64,000 nt of DNA from Lama guanicoe (lineage: Eukaryota): NCBI GenBank assembly GCA_013239625.1, contig MU054220.1, positions 8,529,367 to 8,593,366 of the forward strand. The letters run 5' to 3'. Below are positions 27,610-40,172 of the stretch, one piece after another; position 1 is the stretch's first letter, and every line of letters begins with the position of its first letter. The notes beneath the pieces are model-generated. The model saw only the letters and a program-made list of their open reading frames with translations, searched no databases and was not told where the DNA came from. A program made the position numbers and the translations under genes.

Positions 27610-28118
27610 TGTGGCAGGTAGAGTGGACCCCCAAAGATACCCACACAGTGAGCCCTGGACTTGGGAACACGTTGCACTATATGGCCAGGGTGACTCGAGG
27701 TTACAAATGGAGTCAAGGTTGCTCATCAGCTGACCTTGAAATGAGGAGAGTGCTTTGGGTTATCCAGGTGGGCCCAGTATAGTCGCAAGGGTCCTTTATG
27801 AGTAAGAGAGGCAGAGAGTCTGAGTGAGAGTAGGAAATGGATTATGGAAACAGAGTGTTGGAGTGATGTCATATGAGAAAAATTCAGTCTACCATTGCTG
27901 GCTTTGAAGATGGAAGGGCCAGGGAATAGGGGCAGTCTGGAAGCTGGTAAAGGCAAAAAGATAGATTTCCCCCTCGGGCTACCAGAAAGGAATGCAACCC
28001 TGCTGATCCCTTCATTTTAGCCTGACTCATTTCAGACGCTCTAGAACTGTAAGAAAACACATTTGCGTTGTATTAAGCTACTAAGTTTGTGGTACAGCAG
28101 CAGTAGGAAGCTAACAGA
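27610..28118 (+). mobile_element. MLT1D MaLR solo LTR with 5-bp TSD
   Basis: tgtggcagg...cccccaaagat...catcagctgaccttgaaat...gctggctttgaagatgga. TSD GGAAC at 27605-27609 and 28119-28123. Confidence 0.9.
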
Positions 28119-28517
28119 GGAACCATGGGTACTAACCACACAGGAGGATGAGAGGAGGGGCCTGAATCCCCGTTATGTTCATAAACTCTTGCTCTTGTGT
28201 GTACTATACTCAGACCAAAATAAATTTTCAAAGAAGTAGGAGTCACGGTCTCTGCTCTTGAGGAAAAGAAGTTTACAAACTAGTCAGATTTTCCAATGGG
28301 AAAACACGACCATATGGCAGAGATGTTAGAAGCACAAAATTGTGCCAACAGGATAATCAACCATCATCTACATGGCCAGCCATCCCGGAGAATTGGCACA
28401 CAAGAAGCATCACTGTGGCAGCTGTTTCCATGGCCCCAGATCCTATGCTAGTGACTGAAAAAGAAACAAAACAAACAGGCAAAGAGAAACCCCCTGAGAT
28501 CTTGAACTTGTAGAACT

Positions 28518-28630
28518 GAGAGGCAGCATGGTGTAATCAGAGGGAGTTAGGAGCTGCCTAGACCATCTGGATGCTGATCTCGACTCTGCCCCATAATAGC
28601 CTTGTGACCCTTGGGCAAGTTACCTAGGCG
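28518..28630 (+). mobile_element. MIR 5' part
   Basis: gagaggcagcatggtgta...ctctgcc...tgtgacccttgggcaagttacct. Confidence 0.8.
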
Positions 28631-28642
28631 TGGCATCTCTTT

Positions 28643-28846
28643 TTTTGTTTGCTCGTTTCTTCTAAAGATTCATATTTTCTTTCTCTTCTACATTTCTTTT
28701 TCCTCTTTTTAAAACTTATTTTTATTTGGGGGGGGAGGTAATTAGGTTTATTTATGTATTTATTTCCTAATGGAGGTACTGGGGATTGAACCTAGGACCT
28801 CATGCATGCTAAGCAGGCACCCTACCACTGAGCTACACCCTCCCAC
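28643..28846 (-). mobile_element. Camelid tRNA-Ala-derived SINE (Vic-1 type)
   Basis: The reverse complement reads gggagggtgtagctcagtggtagggtgcctgcttagcatgcatgaggtcctaggttcaatccccagtacctcc, then aaacctaattacctccccccc and an A-rich tail. catctcttt occurs on both sides (possible TSD). Confidence 0.9.
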
Positions 28847-29267
28847 TGCATCATCTCTTTCCTTATCCCTAAACTGGCCCCTTCCAGCTATTCTCTGGTG
28901 AGATCACTTCCAAAATAAGCTAAATATTCTTTCTTTATTCATTTTTTTTGTACAAAACAGATATAATCAAGTATAATTTCAGTACCAGGAAAAAGTTTAT
29001 GTGTAAAATTTACTTAACAATATTCAAAAAAGATTTATTAACCACCTATTTTTGCCAGACTGTTTTACACCCTTATAAATACATTAACATTTGCTCATTT
29101 ATACACAAAAAGCATTTAATATATTTAGAAAATATGTACCTTTATACAGAGTATGCATATGGAAAGAATATATTTAATAAAGCATCATAAGAGTTTTATA
29201 ACTAAGTCAGTGCATTTTGGAGATTCTGAATAAATAATTGAAAGAATAAAGAAATTTTGACATGGCC

Positions 29268-29305
29268 ACAATATCAGGGTTCCCAAGAGAAACATAACCA
29301 ATAGG

Positions 29306-29342
<37 letters not shown>

Positions 29343-29612
29343 GAAGAATTACATCAAGCTATTATGGAGGCTGAAATGCCCCAAGATTTACAATTAGCAA
29401 GCTAGACACCCAGGAAAGCCGATGGTATATTTCCAGTCTGAGCCCAAAAGCCTGAGAACCAGGAGAGTGGATGGTGTAATTTCCAATCAGAAAGCAGGAA
29501 GGCTCAACACTCAATATGAGCTAATGTTTTAGTTTGAGTCCAAAAGCAGGAAAAGAACAATGTCCCAGATCGAGGCAGTCAGGCAGGAAAATTCTCTCTT
29601 ACTTGGGGGTCC
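29268..29612 (-). mobile_element. MLT2 (ERVL) LTR fragment containing (TG)n at about 29311-29339
   Basis: atcagggttcccaagagaaacataaccaatagga...attatggaggctga...acccaggaaagccgatggt...cctgagaaccaggagag. Confidence 0.85.
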
Positions 29613-32049
29613 GTTAGTGAACAAAAGCTATTAATTTCATGGAACTCTCCAGTGGTTTCAGGAATATCTCGGAGAGAATGACTCATGCCCCAATAATCCT
29701 CTTGCATCGTTGACTCAGACCCTGGTGGTCAGTTATCCACAGTGATGAAAACGTTTTTGCTTTAGCTGGTAGACGAGAGGGTGGCATGGAGGGAAAGACG
29801 GATAGGAGGTATAGTACCTAAACAGTCTATGTCAAAATTATACATAGCTTTAAAAATATTTAAGTATGTAAATGATGGACTTATAAAGGAGAAGAAATGA
29901 GACTATGCCATAATAAATAGCTTCAGCTCATCCAAAACTATAGCAACTTTTACAAGTATCAATAAAATATATTCAAGAAGAAACACTCTTTAAAATACAT
30001 AAGCATTTACTCTAATGTAGCTCGACAAACACATGTACATGGATTGCACATATTTAAGCAAAATATGAGCCTCTTATTCAGAAATCATTTTGGTTATTTT
30101 TAATTATTATTCCCCCATATTTCTTAAGACATTGTGATCTTTCTTGGTAAAGTCAATTAAAAAAAATTATGACAGTAGTTTTTGACAGCATGAATGAATG
30201 AAAACTGATCATTGTTGCTTCCCTTTCAATAGAGTTTGATAGAGTTTAAAACATCAATTATAAAACATGCTATCTCATCTTCTGAACAGATTTTCTAAAT
30301 GTAAGTCTGCAGTAGTATGTGTAATTTACTCCAAAAATCTGTATTTCAAAGGCCCCTCAGTCACAGTGTTTTATTCTAATGAGAAGCATGGAAGATTATT
30401 ATTTTAATACATAGCATTTATTAAAAACTGTCATGTACTTTGTTCCCTCATTATTTGTATATTATTTCATTTAATTATCACAGAAACCCTATTGATTAGA
30501 TACATTATCACACTTGCAAAGTAATACACTTACAAGAGATTATGTATCTGGTGACAAAAATAGCAGTGCAAACTCAGATCTGTCTTACTACAAATCTATA
30601 GTCTTAAAAATTCACTCTACGTTTTCAAGTGGTATAACTTAAAAGTCTCATTTTTCTCATGAGTAAAACTGGAATAATAATAACTGACTCAGGCGTGGGT
30701 ATGTGTATGAGATGAATGTGTGTGTAATTATATAAAAAATTATATAAAATGTTATATGAACTTCTTCATTCAGTTTCAGGCACAGACTAGGTAACACCAC
30801 TGACATCCCGCTAGAAGATCTTGGACAAACACAACCCATCTGGGTCTCAAGTTTATTATCTCCAGAAAGAGAAAAATATGCACTTTGCTAAATTGCAATG
30901 AGGATTACTTGTCACAATGTATACGAAAGTTCCTCCTAATATATAATGTGTATGTGTGTATAATATATACATATAATCAATGTGACAGCTGTTTATTGAA
31001 GCTCTTTATAGTTTTCAGTTTACACAGCACTGTAAATGCATTTACTAGTAGTATAAATGATCCTTCATGTTTCATATTATTTCTCCTAAATAGACACTAA
31101 ACATTGAACTTCTATATACTAAACTGGCTTTCTTTTTTTTTTTAAATGGCACTTCTAGAACATTTTTTTTAATGAAGAAGATGATAGTGTCATTCCTTCC
31201 TAGTTGTGGACTGTAGCCCCGATGACACTAATGCATATTATTCCCAATCACCCTCCTCAATTTCTTTTTAAAAAATGTATTTTTAATAAGCAATAATCCT
31301 TTGCTATAAGAATATAAGGGGAAACTACCTATTCCAGCAAAACTGAGACTTTTTTTCTGCTTTGGTTTTTAAATAGGTAGTTCAAATTTTTTAATCTTTA
31401 TTATCAAAGACAGTAACTTCAGATTTAGGAGAATATTATTCACCCAATTCCAATCCAACTAGACACAACTCAACACTGAATCATTGAAAAATATATGATT
31501 TTTTTGGCTAATATTGGGTAGTGGGTTGACACAAACAAGTAAGGCTTATCACAAAGCAAATAGGAGCTCAAATGTTACAGTCAGGAATTAGATAAAAGAG
31601 AGTGTGAAGTGATAAGTGCTGCAGATAAATATACAAGATGAATATTCATCAACTTAAAATAGTGTTTAGATTAAGGATTTTGGATCTTCAGGAAAAACAC
31701 TAATAAAGTCAATAATTTTTTAAGACACACACTAGAATAATTCCTCTCTAACTAGTAGGATTGGATCGTCTTAGCATAAATTGCTAAGGAAAAACATAAG
31801 GAAGCTGACTTATGCTTAAAGTAGAATAACCGTCTTAGATACCAAGCAAGGCTCTTGCTCTGAACTTTTGAGTGAATTATTAAAGCCTCAAACAAAGGAG
31901 CTTCAGGTGTCCAGCAGAATCCAGACAAACTGGCATTTAAAATTTCCTGCCATCATTCCCCACGTAAGGATGACAACTTAAATACCAAGCACTGTTTATT
32001 CGTATTTCTTGACATTTCATGTACATTGCACACCATTCAAATGCACTGC

Positions 32050-32571
32050 CAAATATTTCACTTTAAGCAAACTCCCTTTTCCAAGCATATTTTATTAAAG
32101 TATACCACACATAAAAAGAACACAAAACCTCCATGTACATAGTCATAAAATATCGAAACACGGGCACTTGTGAAACCTCACAAGAAGGCAATAAATAAAA
32201 CACTGCCATTACCCCAGGTACACACCTATGTTGCTGATTCTCCCTCAATCACCACCCACCTCTTTCTCCCCATAGGTTTTTAATACCATAAATTCTAATG
32301 CAGTAGATTAATCTGGCAATATTAAATAAACATTCATATAGAAGGATTCGTATATATTTATATTATATATATTTATTTATACTTATGTTTTCATTTTTCC
32401 TCATTTGTCTTTTAGAAATAGCGTTTGGCTGTACAATTCTCCTCTAATTCCCTTTCCTGTCATGCTTTTCTCTCAGATACATGCAAAGGGCAGAACTGCT
32501 AAAAACTAAGATCTGCATGTTTTCAAATAGAGTGGATGATTCCAAAAGGTTCTGCGAAGTATTGGTGGTAA
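32050..32571 (-). mobile_element. Old L1M 3' end, left part (host of the retrocopy)
   Basis: attttattaaagtataccacacat...aaataaaacactgccattacccc...gcagaactgct. It appears to continue at 35086-35460. Confidence 0.65.
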
Positions 32572-32640
32572 CTTTCTGAGTATTTTCCCTAGCCAACATT
32601 TGATACAGACAAATAATCAGCTAAAGCATATTAAGATATA

Positions 32641-33565
32641 TTTTTTTTAACTTTTAAAAAGTGATTGAAACACAGTTGGCATATTTTGTTCGTTTCAGGT
32701 ATACTACATGACGGTTTGACATTTGCATACATGGTGAAGTCATCACCACAGTAAGTCTAGTAACCATGCGTCCCCATATAAAGTTACTAAAATGTGATGG
32801 ACAATGTTCCTTATGCTGTATATTACATCCCTGTGGCTCACTCATTATATAACTGGAGGTTTGTACCTTTTAATCCCCTTCACCTATTTTGCTGGGCCCC
32901 CTAACCCCTCCCTTTTGGCAACCACCCCCTTTGTTCCTTGTACCCATGAGTATGTCTCCATTTTGTTTGTTTTGTTTTGTTTATTCCATATATAAGTGAC
33001 ACTGTGCAGTATTTGTCCCTGCCCAGGCACCCCAGCGCCGGTGGAGACAGACTGGGGGTGGGGACAGCTTCCGGCACTAAGAAGCTGGAGTGAGGACTCC
33101 GAAACCGTGCTTGCCAGCACCAGTGTCTTCGTGCTAGAATGAGTTCCCCCAAATGGCTGCTGGCAGCATCTGTGTCCCCAGCGGGAGCCCTTCTCTAGGA
33201 TACTCTCCAAGATCAACAAGTGGATCCAACTCAGGGTCCTTTCAGGTTAACTGTCTCTGCACTGGGAGTCAGAGCGTGTGAGATTTGGGGTATGCCCTTC
33301 AGGAGAGGGAGGTCCTTTTTTCCTACAGCTCTCTGTCTCTCCTGTACACAAGCCCCTCTGACCTCCAAATCCTGACATTCTGGTGGTTCATCCTTCCAGT
33401 ACAGGACTCCTGGGGTGGGAAGCCCATTGTGGGGTTTTGAATCCTTGCTTCTTGGGGAGAATTTCTGCAATTGTGATTATCCCCCAGTTTTTGAGTCACC
33501 TACCTGGGGTTATGGGTCTTGACCATGCCACATCTTTGCCCCTTCTACCCATCTTGTTGTGGTTA
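32641..33565 (-). mobile_element. Internally deleted L1: about 550 bp of 5'UTR joined directly to about 375 bp of 3' end
   Basis: 33018-33565 resembles a Laurasiatherian L1 5'UTR (gataatcacaattgcaga...cacgaagacactggtgctggcaagc). 32641-33017 is an L1 3' end (gacaaatactgc...cacttatatatggaat, A-rich tail). Junction at GACA, 33014-33017. Confidence 0.75.
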
Positions 33566-33569
33566 TAAA

Positions 33570-35085
33570 CTAGTTTAAGTAGTACTATGCAAAGTAGGAT
33601 AGTTAAAACTATTGACAAATAACTCTATTTACCTCATAAGTGTTATGCACATACTCTTTGCACTGAGTAAAACCAAGTCCCATGGGTCAAAATCAATGAC
33701 ACTGCAGCCTGATGTTTCAAATCAGTGGCGGCGTCCAGGGTTAACTGTAAAGTGTTTATCTTCATAACTCTATATAATTTTGGTTCAGATCCAACACTAT
33801 TGGGTGTGTGTTTTTCCTCTGGAACTACGTTAGCTGCATCAGGAAATGCATAACTGTTAGAGTCTACTACTAGTTTCTCGGTTTGCTTGCTTTTTTCGTT
33901 TCTTTGCTCCCTGCCCATGTCCTTGTCACAGACCTGGATGATTTTTCTGCCACCTGTAATTACTTTCTCTATTTGGGGCATGCAGATTACTAAATACCTG
34001 TCGTCTAAGATTTCCTAGCGGAGATGCTGTAAGGTTTGAACTTTGCAGGAAGTATAAGCTGATGTGACTTCCCCTTGATCATTACTCTCACACACATTGA
34101 CTGTACATTGACATCAGTTTCCTATACCTGTAGACAGCAAGATCCAGGATGATCTGGTTATGTTTCCCATCATCTTCCAAGAGAAGTCAAGTTTGGGCTC
34201 ATTTATTTTCAGGGCTTTTCCATCTGTAGTGATCAAATTCTAGATGGTTTACATTTCTTCTTTGTGGTACTTAATTTGTCCTGGTCTCTCCATCCTTTTT
34301 CCATGTCTTAGAGTTTCCAATCTGAAGTCAAGTGTTAACTTAAGAGGGCTTATACCAGAATGCTGGTCTTCTTTGCTTTCACCTCATTTCTTTTGGATGA
34401 GATGCTCTTCTCATATTTCTAGCATCCGGTAGTCTTTGGTCTCTAAAGAAGATAGGATGGTAGTGATGATAGCTGTGTTCCAATGTCCGTCAAAGCCTGG
34501 GTTTCTTTTCTTCCTGTCTTGAAGTTTCCTCTGAACCACTTTTCTGTATTTGGCACATTTGAAACAATAAACTCTTCCTTCCCATTTACTGGATAATTCT
34601 GCAATTCTTGAATTCCTCCTGATCTCCCCTTCTTTACCATCCCACACTTTGATTGTTGAAGTGTTGCCACCACCAACTTCCAGGAGCAATCAAAGTCAGC
34701 ACAGGGGTTACCCATGCAAAAGATCCCCTTCCAGATGGACGCTGTGCTGCAGGACTTTGCTGTTGCTCAGCTCTCCAATGAAATGTATGATCAAGCTAGA
34801 TTTTTTCAGCCCTTTGATTCTTTCAAATTTTCAATCGTTTCAGCGTTGTTTGAAGCTAATTTAAAATATTTTTCCACTGAGATTGTTTTAAAGGTAGAAA
34901 ATCCTGGCGCCATTTGTCAATACGGTCTCTTTCTATTGCTTGCTGATGTAAGGAGAGTTCTTCCAGGGGAAAAATTACGCAGTCACTGTGTTTGGCATTC
35001 CAGCATTCTGTCCAGTAATGTCTTCTCTTATCCCATCCAAAGCACCTTTCTGATTGGTGGGCCTGGGAAGCCTAACTGGGATCCC
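33570..35085 (-). pseudogene. DNAAF11: Processed pseudogene of DNAAF11 (LRRC6, dynein axonemal assembly factor 11); CDS-equivalent about 35040 to 33717
   Basis: Minus-strand translation is collinear with LRRC6: [155 protein letters not shown]-stop (TGA 33717-33719). No introns, start codon lost (TTG), many frameshifts and stops. Confidence 0.93.
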
Positions 35086-35460
35086 AAGCGCTGTCGGTAA
35101 TAATGCATACTTCAATCATTAATAGATGAGTGTTCTGTTTGTGCTACATCCTTGCCAGCACTTTGTATGTCAATTTTTTTTTAATTTCAGCAATTTTGGT
35201 GTCTGTGCCAGAATGTGTATATCATTGCAATTAGAATTTACGTTCCCTTCATGACTATTGATGTTCATCTTCTTTCCTATGTTTATTGGAAATTTGAGTG
35301 TTTTCAGTTGTGAATTGTTAGCTCAAGTCTCTAAGCCATTTCTCTATGTGTTATCTTTTCATCTTAATGATGTATAGTTCTTTACCAATTCAGGATGTGA
35401 GCCCACTGTCTATTTTATGTGTGTGGCAAGTGATTTTTCCTAGTCTGTTGATTTAGATAT
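35086..35460 (-). mobile_element. Old L1M 3' end, right part
   Basis: gatgagtgttctgtttgtgctacatccttgccagcact...ttccctt catgactattgatgtt...tatgtttattgg. Confidence 0.75.
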
Positions 35461-36673
35461 TTTATTGTGAAAAAGCTCAAACATTTGAGAGATAATTTGT
35501 GAGAAGAATATAATGAATCTGTATTTATCATTACCTAGCTTCAAGAATTATTACCCCACAATCTATTTTCACCTTTACCTCATCCACTTTTATATACAAT
35601 TGGATTATCTTAAAGTAATGATTCTAAGATATCATGGCTCCTTTTATCTGTAATATTACATTGTGTATGTACACCACAACTTCTTTATCCATTCATCTAT
35701 TGATGGACATATCTTCCATGTCTTGGCTATTGTAAACTGATAAGATACAATTTAAATTAAATCTATACAAATTCAAAAGCTTGTCCACATAAAGTTAAGT
35801 TTCTTTCTCAGAATCATTTTATATGAAGAGCAAAATATAATTCTGAAATACTTGTAAATTTTTCCTTTAGTGGTTCCAAAAAATTTTGACTTATAAATGT
35901 GAGACTAAAAATAATTGTTAGAAAGAATTATTTTAGAGCATTATTTTTCATATCAAGTACATTTGTTCACATTTGAAAATATAGCCACAAAAACCATAGA
36001 GAAAATATCTTATCCTTCTATTTTTAAATGAGCAGAATTAGAAATAGAAATGGACTTTACCTGTTGCATGATTTTTATTTTTTATCCAAATGGCTAACCC
36101 ATGTAGATGAAGACCGATACACGGTTCATTTCTTTCCTTTCATGTATATCTAGTATGATGCTATAAACAGTGTACTATAATGTCATAAAAATACATACTT
36201 CTAAATTATTATCTGAAGAAATACATAAAATCGTCACTAAATGTATTTAACTATTGAAAATAATCTCATTTTCTAGCTTCTAACTTGAATACTAGCCTGG
36301 GGAACCAGAAGTGCCTATGCTCAGGATAATGCAGACTCCTTTAAAGTGAATTCTTCCTTATTAAGGATTGTCTAAATCAAACTCCAGTGGGCATACACTC
36401 TTCTTGTGTGTTTTTATAACATACATGTTTCTTTGTTTCAACAAATTCAGCCCCCGTCCTGCAGATGGTAATGCCACGTTGCGTGCACAAGTTGTACTCT
36501 TGAGAACACCGTGCTTTGGATTCCAGAACCTGAGATGAAGCAGCAGCTGACAGAGTTCATCTGTTTGACTCACAGAGTGTAGTCCCAGCAGTTTCTATGT
36601 GACTTGGACAATCCATTTTTTTTCTCTTTGTTCTTCAGAATTTTGTGTCTAGAGACTAACCAATAAATCAAAT

Positions 36674-36865
36674 CAAGAACTAACAAACTATAGCCCAGGG
36701 GCCAAATCTGGCCCACAAAACTAAGAATCTTTTCCATATTGTTAAATTGTTCATTTTAAATGGCTGCAGAAATACTTAAATAATGTTCTTAACTTTTCCT
36801 CTTGGCCCATAAAAATGAAAAGATAACTATTGAGCCCTTTGAGAAAATGTTCGCCAACACTATTC
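36674..36865 (+). mobile_element. MER58-family hAT-Charlie MITE
   Basis: caaactatagcccaggggccaaatctggcccac...gccctttgagaaaatgttcgccaacac. Confidence 0.75.
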
Positions 36866-37089
36866 TGGATAGTTCCTAAATAAAGTGTTTTCTTGATTGA
36901 GTCCTTGACTCAAAATGAAAATATATTTGCCTTTTTATCAGCCAAAGTAAAGCCAAAAACCAATCTAAGTGTTTCGAATAGAAGCCTTCAACTTCTATCA
37001 AGTTCCTTGATAGAAGGAACAGCAGCTTACCAGAATGTGAAGAGGCTTGGGTTAAGCTTCTGGTAGCATTTTGATGATCAGAAACCCAA

Positions 37090-37487
37090 AGTTACCGGCT
37101 GAGTTACGCCCCACCCAAAATCATATGCTGAAGCTCTAACCCTTCTAGAATGGGACTGTATTTAGAGAGAGGGCAAATAAACAGGTGATTAAGTTAAAAT
37201 TAGTCCGTTAGAGTGGGCCCTATTATGATCTGACAGGTGCCCTTATAATAAGAGAAAATCTAGACACAGAGACAACAGGGAGGTGTGTGCACAGATGAAA
37301 AAACGTGAGAAGACACAGCAAGAAGGCAGCCAACTGCAAGCCAAGGGGAGAAGCCTCAGAAGAAACCAACGTTGCCAACACCTTGATCTTGGACTTCTAG
37401 CCTCCAGAGCTGTGAGAAAATAAATTTCTGTTGTTGAAGTCATGCTGCTTGTGTAGTTTATTATGGCAGTCCTAGCAAACTAATAAA
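37090..37487 (+). mobile_element. MLT1B MaLR solo LTR
   Basis: cccaaaatcatatgctgaagctctaac...gtgattaagttaaaat...ccttgatcttggacttctagcctccagagctgtgagaaaataaatttctgttg...ctagcaaactaata. Confidence 0.9.
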
Positions 37488-38079
37488 AGAAATCCAAGAA
37501 ACTGCCACTAACGACCTCTGGTCCTATGGGACCAAATTGTGTGATTTTTCAAGAGGACACGCAAATGCCTCTATCAAAACATGTCAATCATCCCATGAAG
37601 TTCATACATCTGCGTAACAACCATTTCTGCTTCTCCTCTATTTATCTTTTATTCTGCAAGCACCTCTCTTCAGTATGACCTAAATTTGAATCTGCTGCCT
37701 GCAGAGACTGGGAAAAAAGTATTTTCTGAAATTTCAAGCATCTGTGATTCTTATAAATGCAGAAAAGTAAAATTCAACAACAGGAGCAAATTAATTATTC
37801 TAGAGGGCAAAATAAGCAGAGGCGTCCCCTCCTACAGTCATCTGTACCGGTTCTGGCTGTGATTAACTCCTGAACAACATAAGAACAGTATCGGGCTTTA
37901 ATCAAACATGATGTAACTGTCTCTTATACTTAGATGTGCTCACCTTTCTCTCTGCAAAAAGAAGCATAATGTCTGATTAAGAGAAAGAGGACCATACTTA
38001 TCTGTTTGATGTTAATTTATTTTTAATTCACTTACAATCCCCTTTGATATACTGAAATTAAATAAATATTTTCAAATTC

Positions 38080-39050
38080 CATTTTCAGTTAGGCAATGTT
38101 AGCCAGCAGACCAGTGCTTCCTCATAGAACAGCTAGGAAATTTATATTTAAAAGTACACAAATTATCTACTTGAGGGCAGTGGAAAACTTCAGAGATGAC
38201 TAAGTGGCTTAAGACACAGGCATTGGAAAGAGCTGAGACCTCAGTGTCTTCAAAGGGTGAGCAGACTGTGGCACCTTCTACCTCTGAGGAAATTTGCTGG
38301 TTTGGGGCTTGGATAAAATTTCTGGGAATTGGGTATAGAACCTGAAGAAAATTCCAGTAAAGGGAATGCAGGAGAGGAGCAATAGGAGAATTTCCAAGTT
38401 GATCAGGAGCCGTTTCAAATATTTGACATGTTTCCAGTTTAGAACATTTATCAAAGGTAGGTGACATTTATTGATTTAGAGTTTGGATCCACTAGGGAGA
38501 AGAATCCTACAGAATACATCGGACTGTTAGGTGAAGCCTCTGGAGTGCTAGGCTAATGCAGAGACAAACTGAGTAAACTGAGCCTTACCAGAGCTGTACC
38601 CTAACCTGACTCAGCAAAACACCTGCTTGAATTTTCTACCACCCCGTTTTGCTAGTGGTCAGTAAGGTGAATTCTTTTTAGATGAAGTGAAATCATCTAG
38701 AGTCACACTACACTTTTAACACCTAAAACTTGGATTTCCTTAAAAATTATTAAGTATGTCTTAAGAAAAAAAATCAAAACAAAAGGGAAGTAGAAATTGC
38801 CCTCTAGATAGTCCAGAAATTGAAACTGACTGACAAGGACTTCAGACATTTAGGACTATTATGTTCCAGGAATGGAGAAAAACATGAAGAAAAGTGATGC
38901 TAATTATAGAATTTCCCAAGAGAATTAGCATCTATAAAATCAAATTAAACAGGAATTCAGGAAAAGGAAAAGTACAATATTTGAATGCAGGAACTTATCC
39001 GATGGGTTTAACAGCAGATTAAAACAGAAGAACTTATTATAGTCTGCCAC
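38080..39050 (+). mobile_element. Decayed L1ME 5'UTR/ORF1
   Basis: gaaactgactgacaaggacttc...gatgggtttaacagcagattaaaacag (ORF1). Confidence 0.65.
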
Positions 39051-39185
39051 TAAACCCAGTTGATAGTCAACCAACAAAAAAAAATTACTAAACCATTGAC
39101 AGCTCTCAAGCTAACACACCAAATCCAGACTGTCTGATAACCCGCATTGATTAACTTGGTCCAATCCAATGTGATGTCCCTTACT

Positions 39186-39572
39186 TCTTTTTTTAAATTT
39201 AATTTTATGTTTTATTGAAATGTAGTCGGTTTACAATGTTAATTTCAGGTGTACAGCTAAACAATTCAGTTATACATATACATACATATATATTTTTTTT
39301 CAGATTCTTTTCTATTATATGTTATTATAAGAAATTAAATATAGTTCCCTGTGCTATACAGTAAGTCCTTGTTGTTTATCTATTTTATATATAGTAATGT
39401 GCGTCTGTTAACCCCAAACTCCTAATTTATCCCTCCCCTGCCCTTTCCCCTTTGGTAACCGTAGTTAGTTTTCTATGTGAGTCTATTTTTGGTTTCTAAA
39501 TAAACTTTGTACCACTTTTTTTTAGATTCCACATATAAGTGATGTATATGATATTTGCCTTTCTCTGTTTGA
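39186..39572 (-). mobile_element. Artiodactyl/camelid L1 3' end
   Basis: ttttattgaaatgtagtcggtttacaatgtt...atagttccctgtgctatacagta...ttagattccacatataagtga. Confidence 0.9.
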
Positions 39573-39607
39573 TGAACAAAAGAAGTGAGACAGAAAATAG
39601 TATATAT

Positions 39608-40172
39608 TTATTTCGTGCCGGTCTCAGCCTATCAATAACCAATACTGTGGCTGGATGAGCCCTTGTGATCCTTATTGTGGTTGCAAGTTGCCCTTCAGCA
39701 AAAACCATCAGGAAACTTTGAAAGAAATAGGGGTTTGTTACTTACAAGACCTGGAAATCACACAGCACACCTGGGGCCACACAGCAAGATCATGAGGAGA
39801 GAGAGAGCAGGCTTATGGGCCTGGGATTCTGCTTTCATTGGGGTTGAGGGTGGGAGCCTAGGGTTTCTTAGGTTCATTCATCATCGGAGCACTAAAAACG
39901 TAAGAACGGAGATTTAAAGCATGGGAAGAGAATAAAACAAGAAGCCCAGATGGTTCCTTGTTGGAATCAACCAAGATCTTTAAAGAAAGGAGCCTCCATG
40001 GGGACAAGTGGGCTTGCTCTTTACCAGCGGGGTGGCTGGCCCTGTGTTTATCTGCCACAGCTGTCTTTGAAGGGACTTCCTCCTTTAAATGGATGCTTCA
40101 GCAAACAAGCTGATGTCAAGCACTTGCATTACAAAAAATAAAAAAAGAAACAACAGTCAAGCTTACACTACA
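39608..40172 (-). mobile_element. ERV solo LTR inserted in an L1ME 3' end
   Basis: Ends in ctaca. The host L1 (gacagaaaatagtatatat | atattgtatgatttt) is split here with a possible ATAT TSD. LTR-like composition. Family not identified. Confidence 0.6.

Noticed and set aside
34714..35100. 128-aa plus-strand ORF
   Set aside because: It is the antisense shadow of the DNAAF11 pseudogene.
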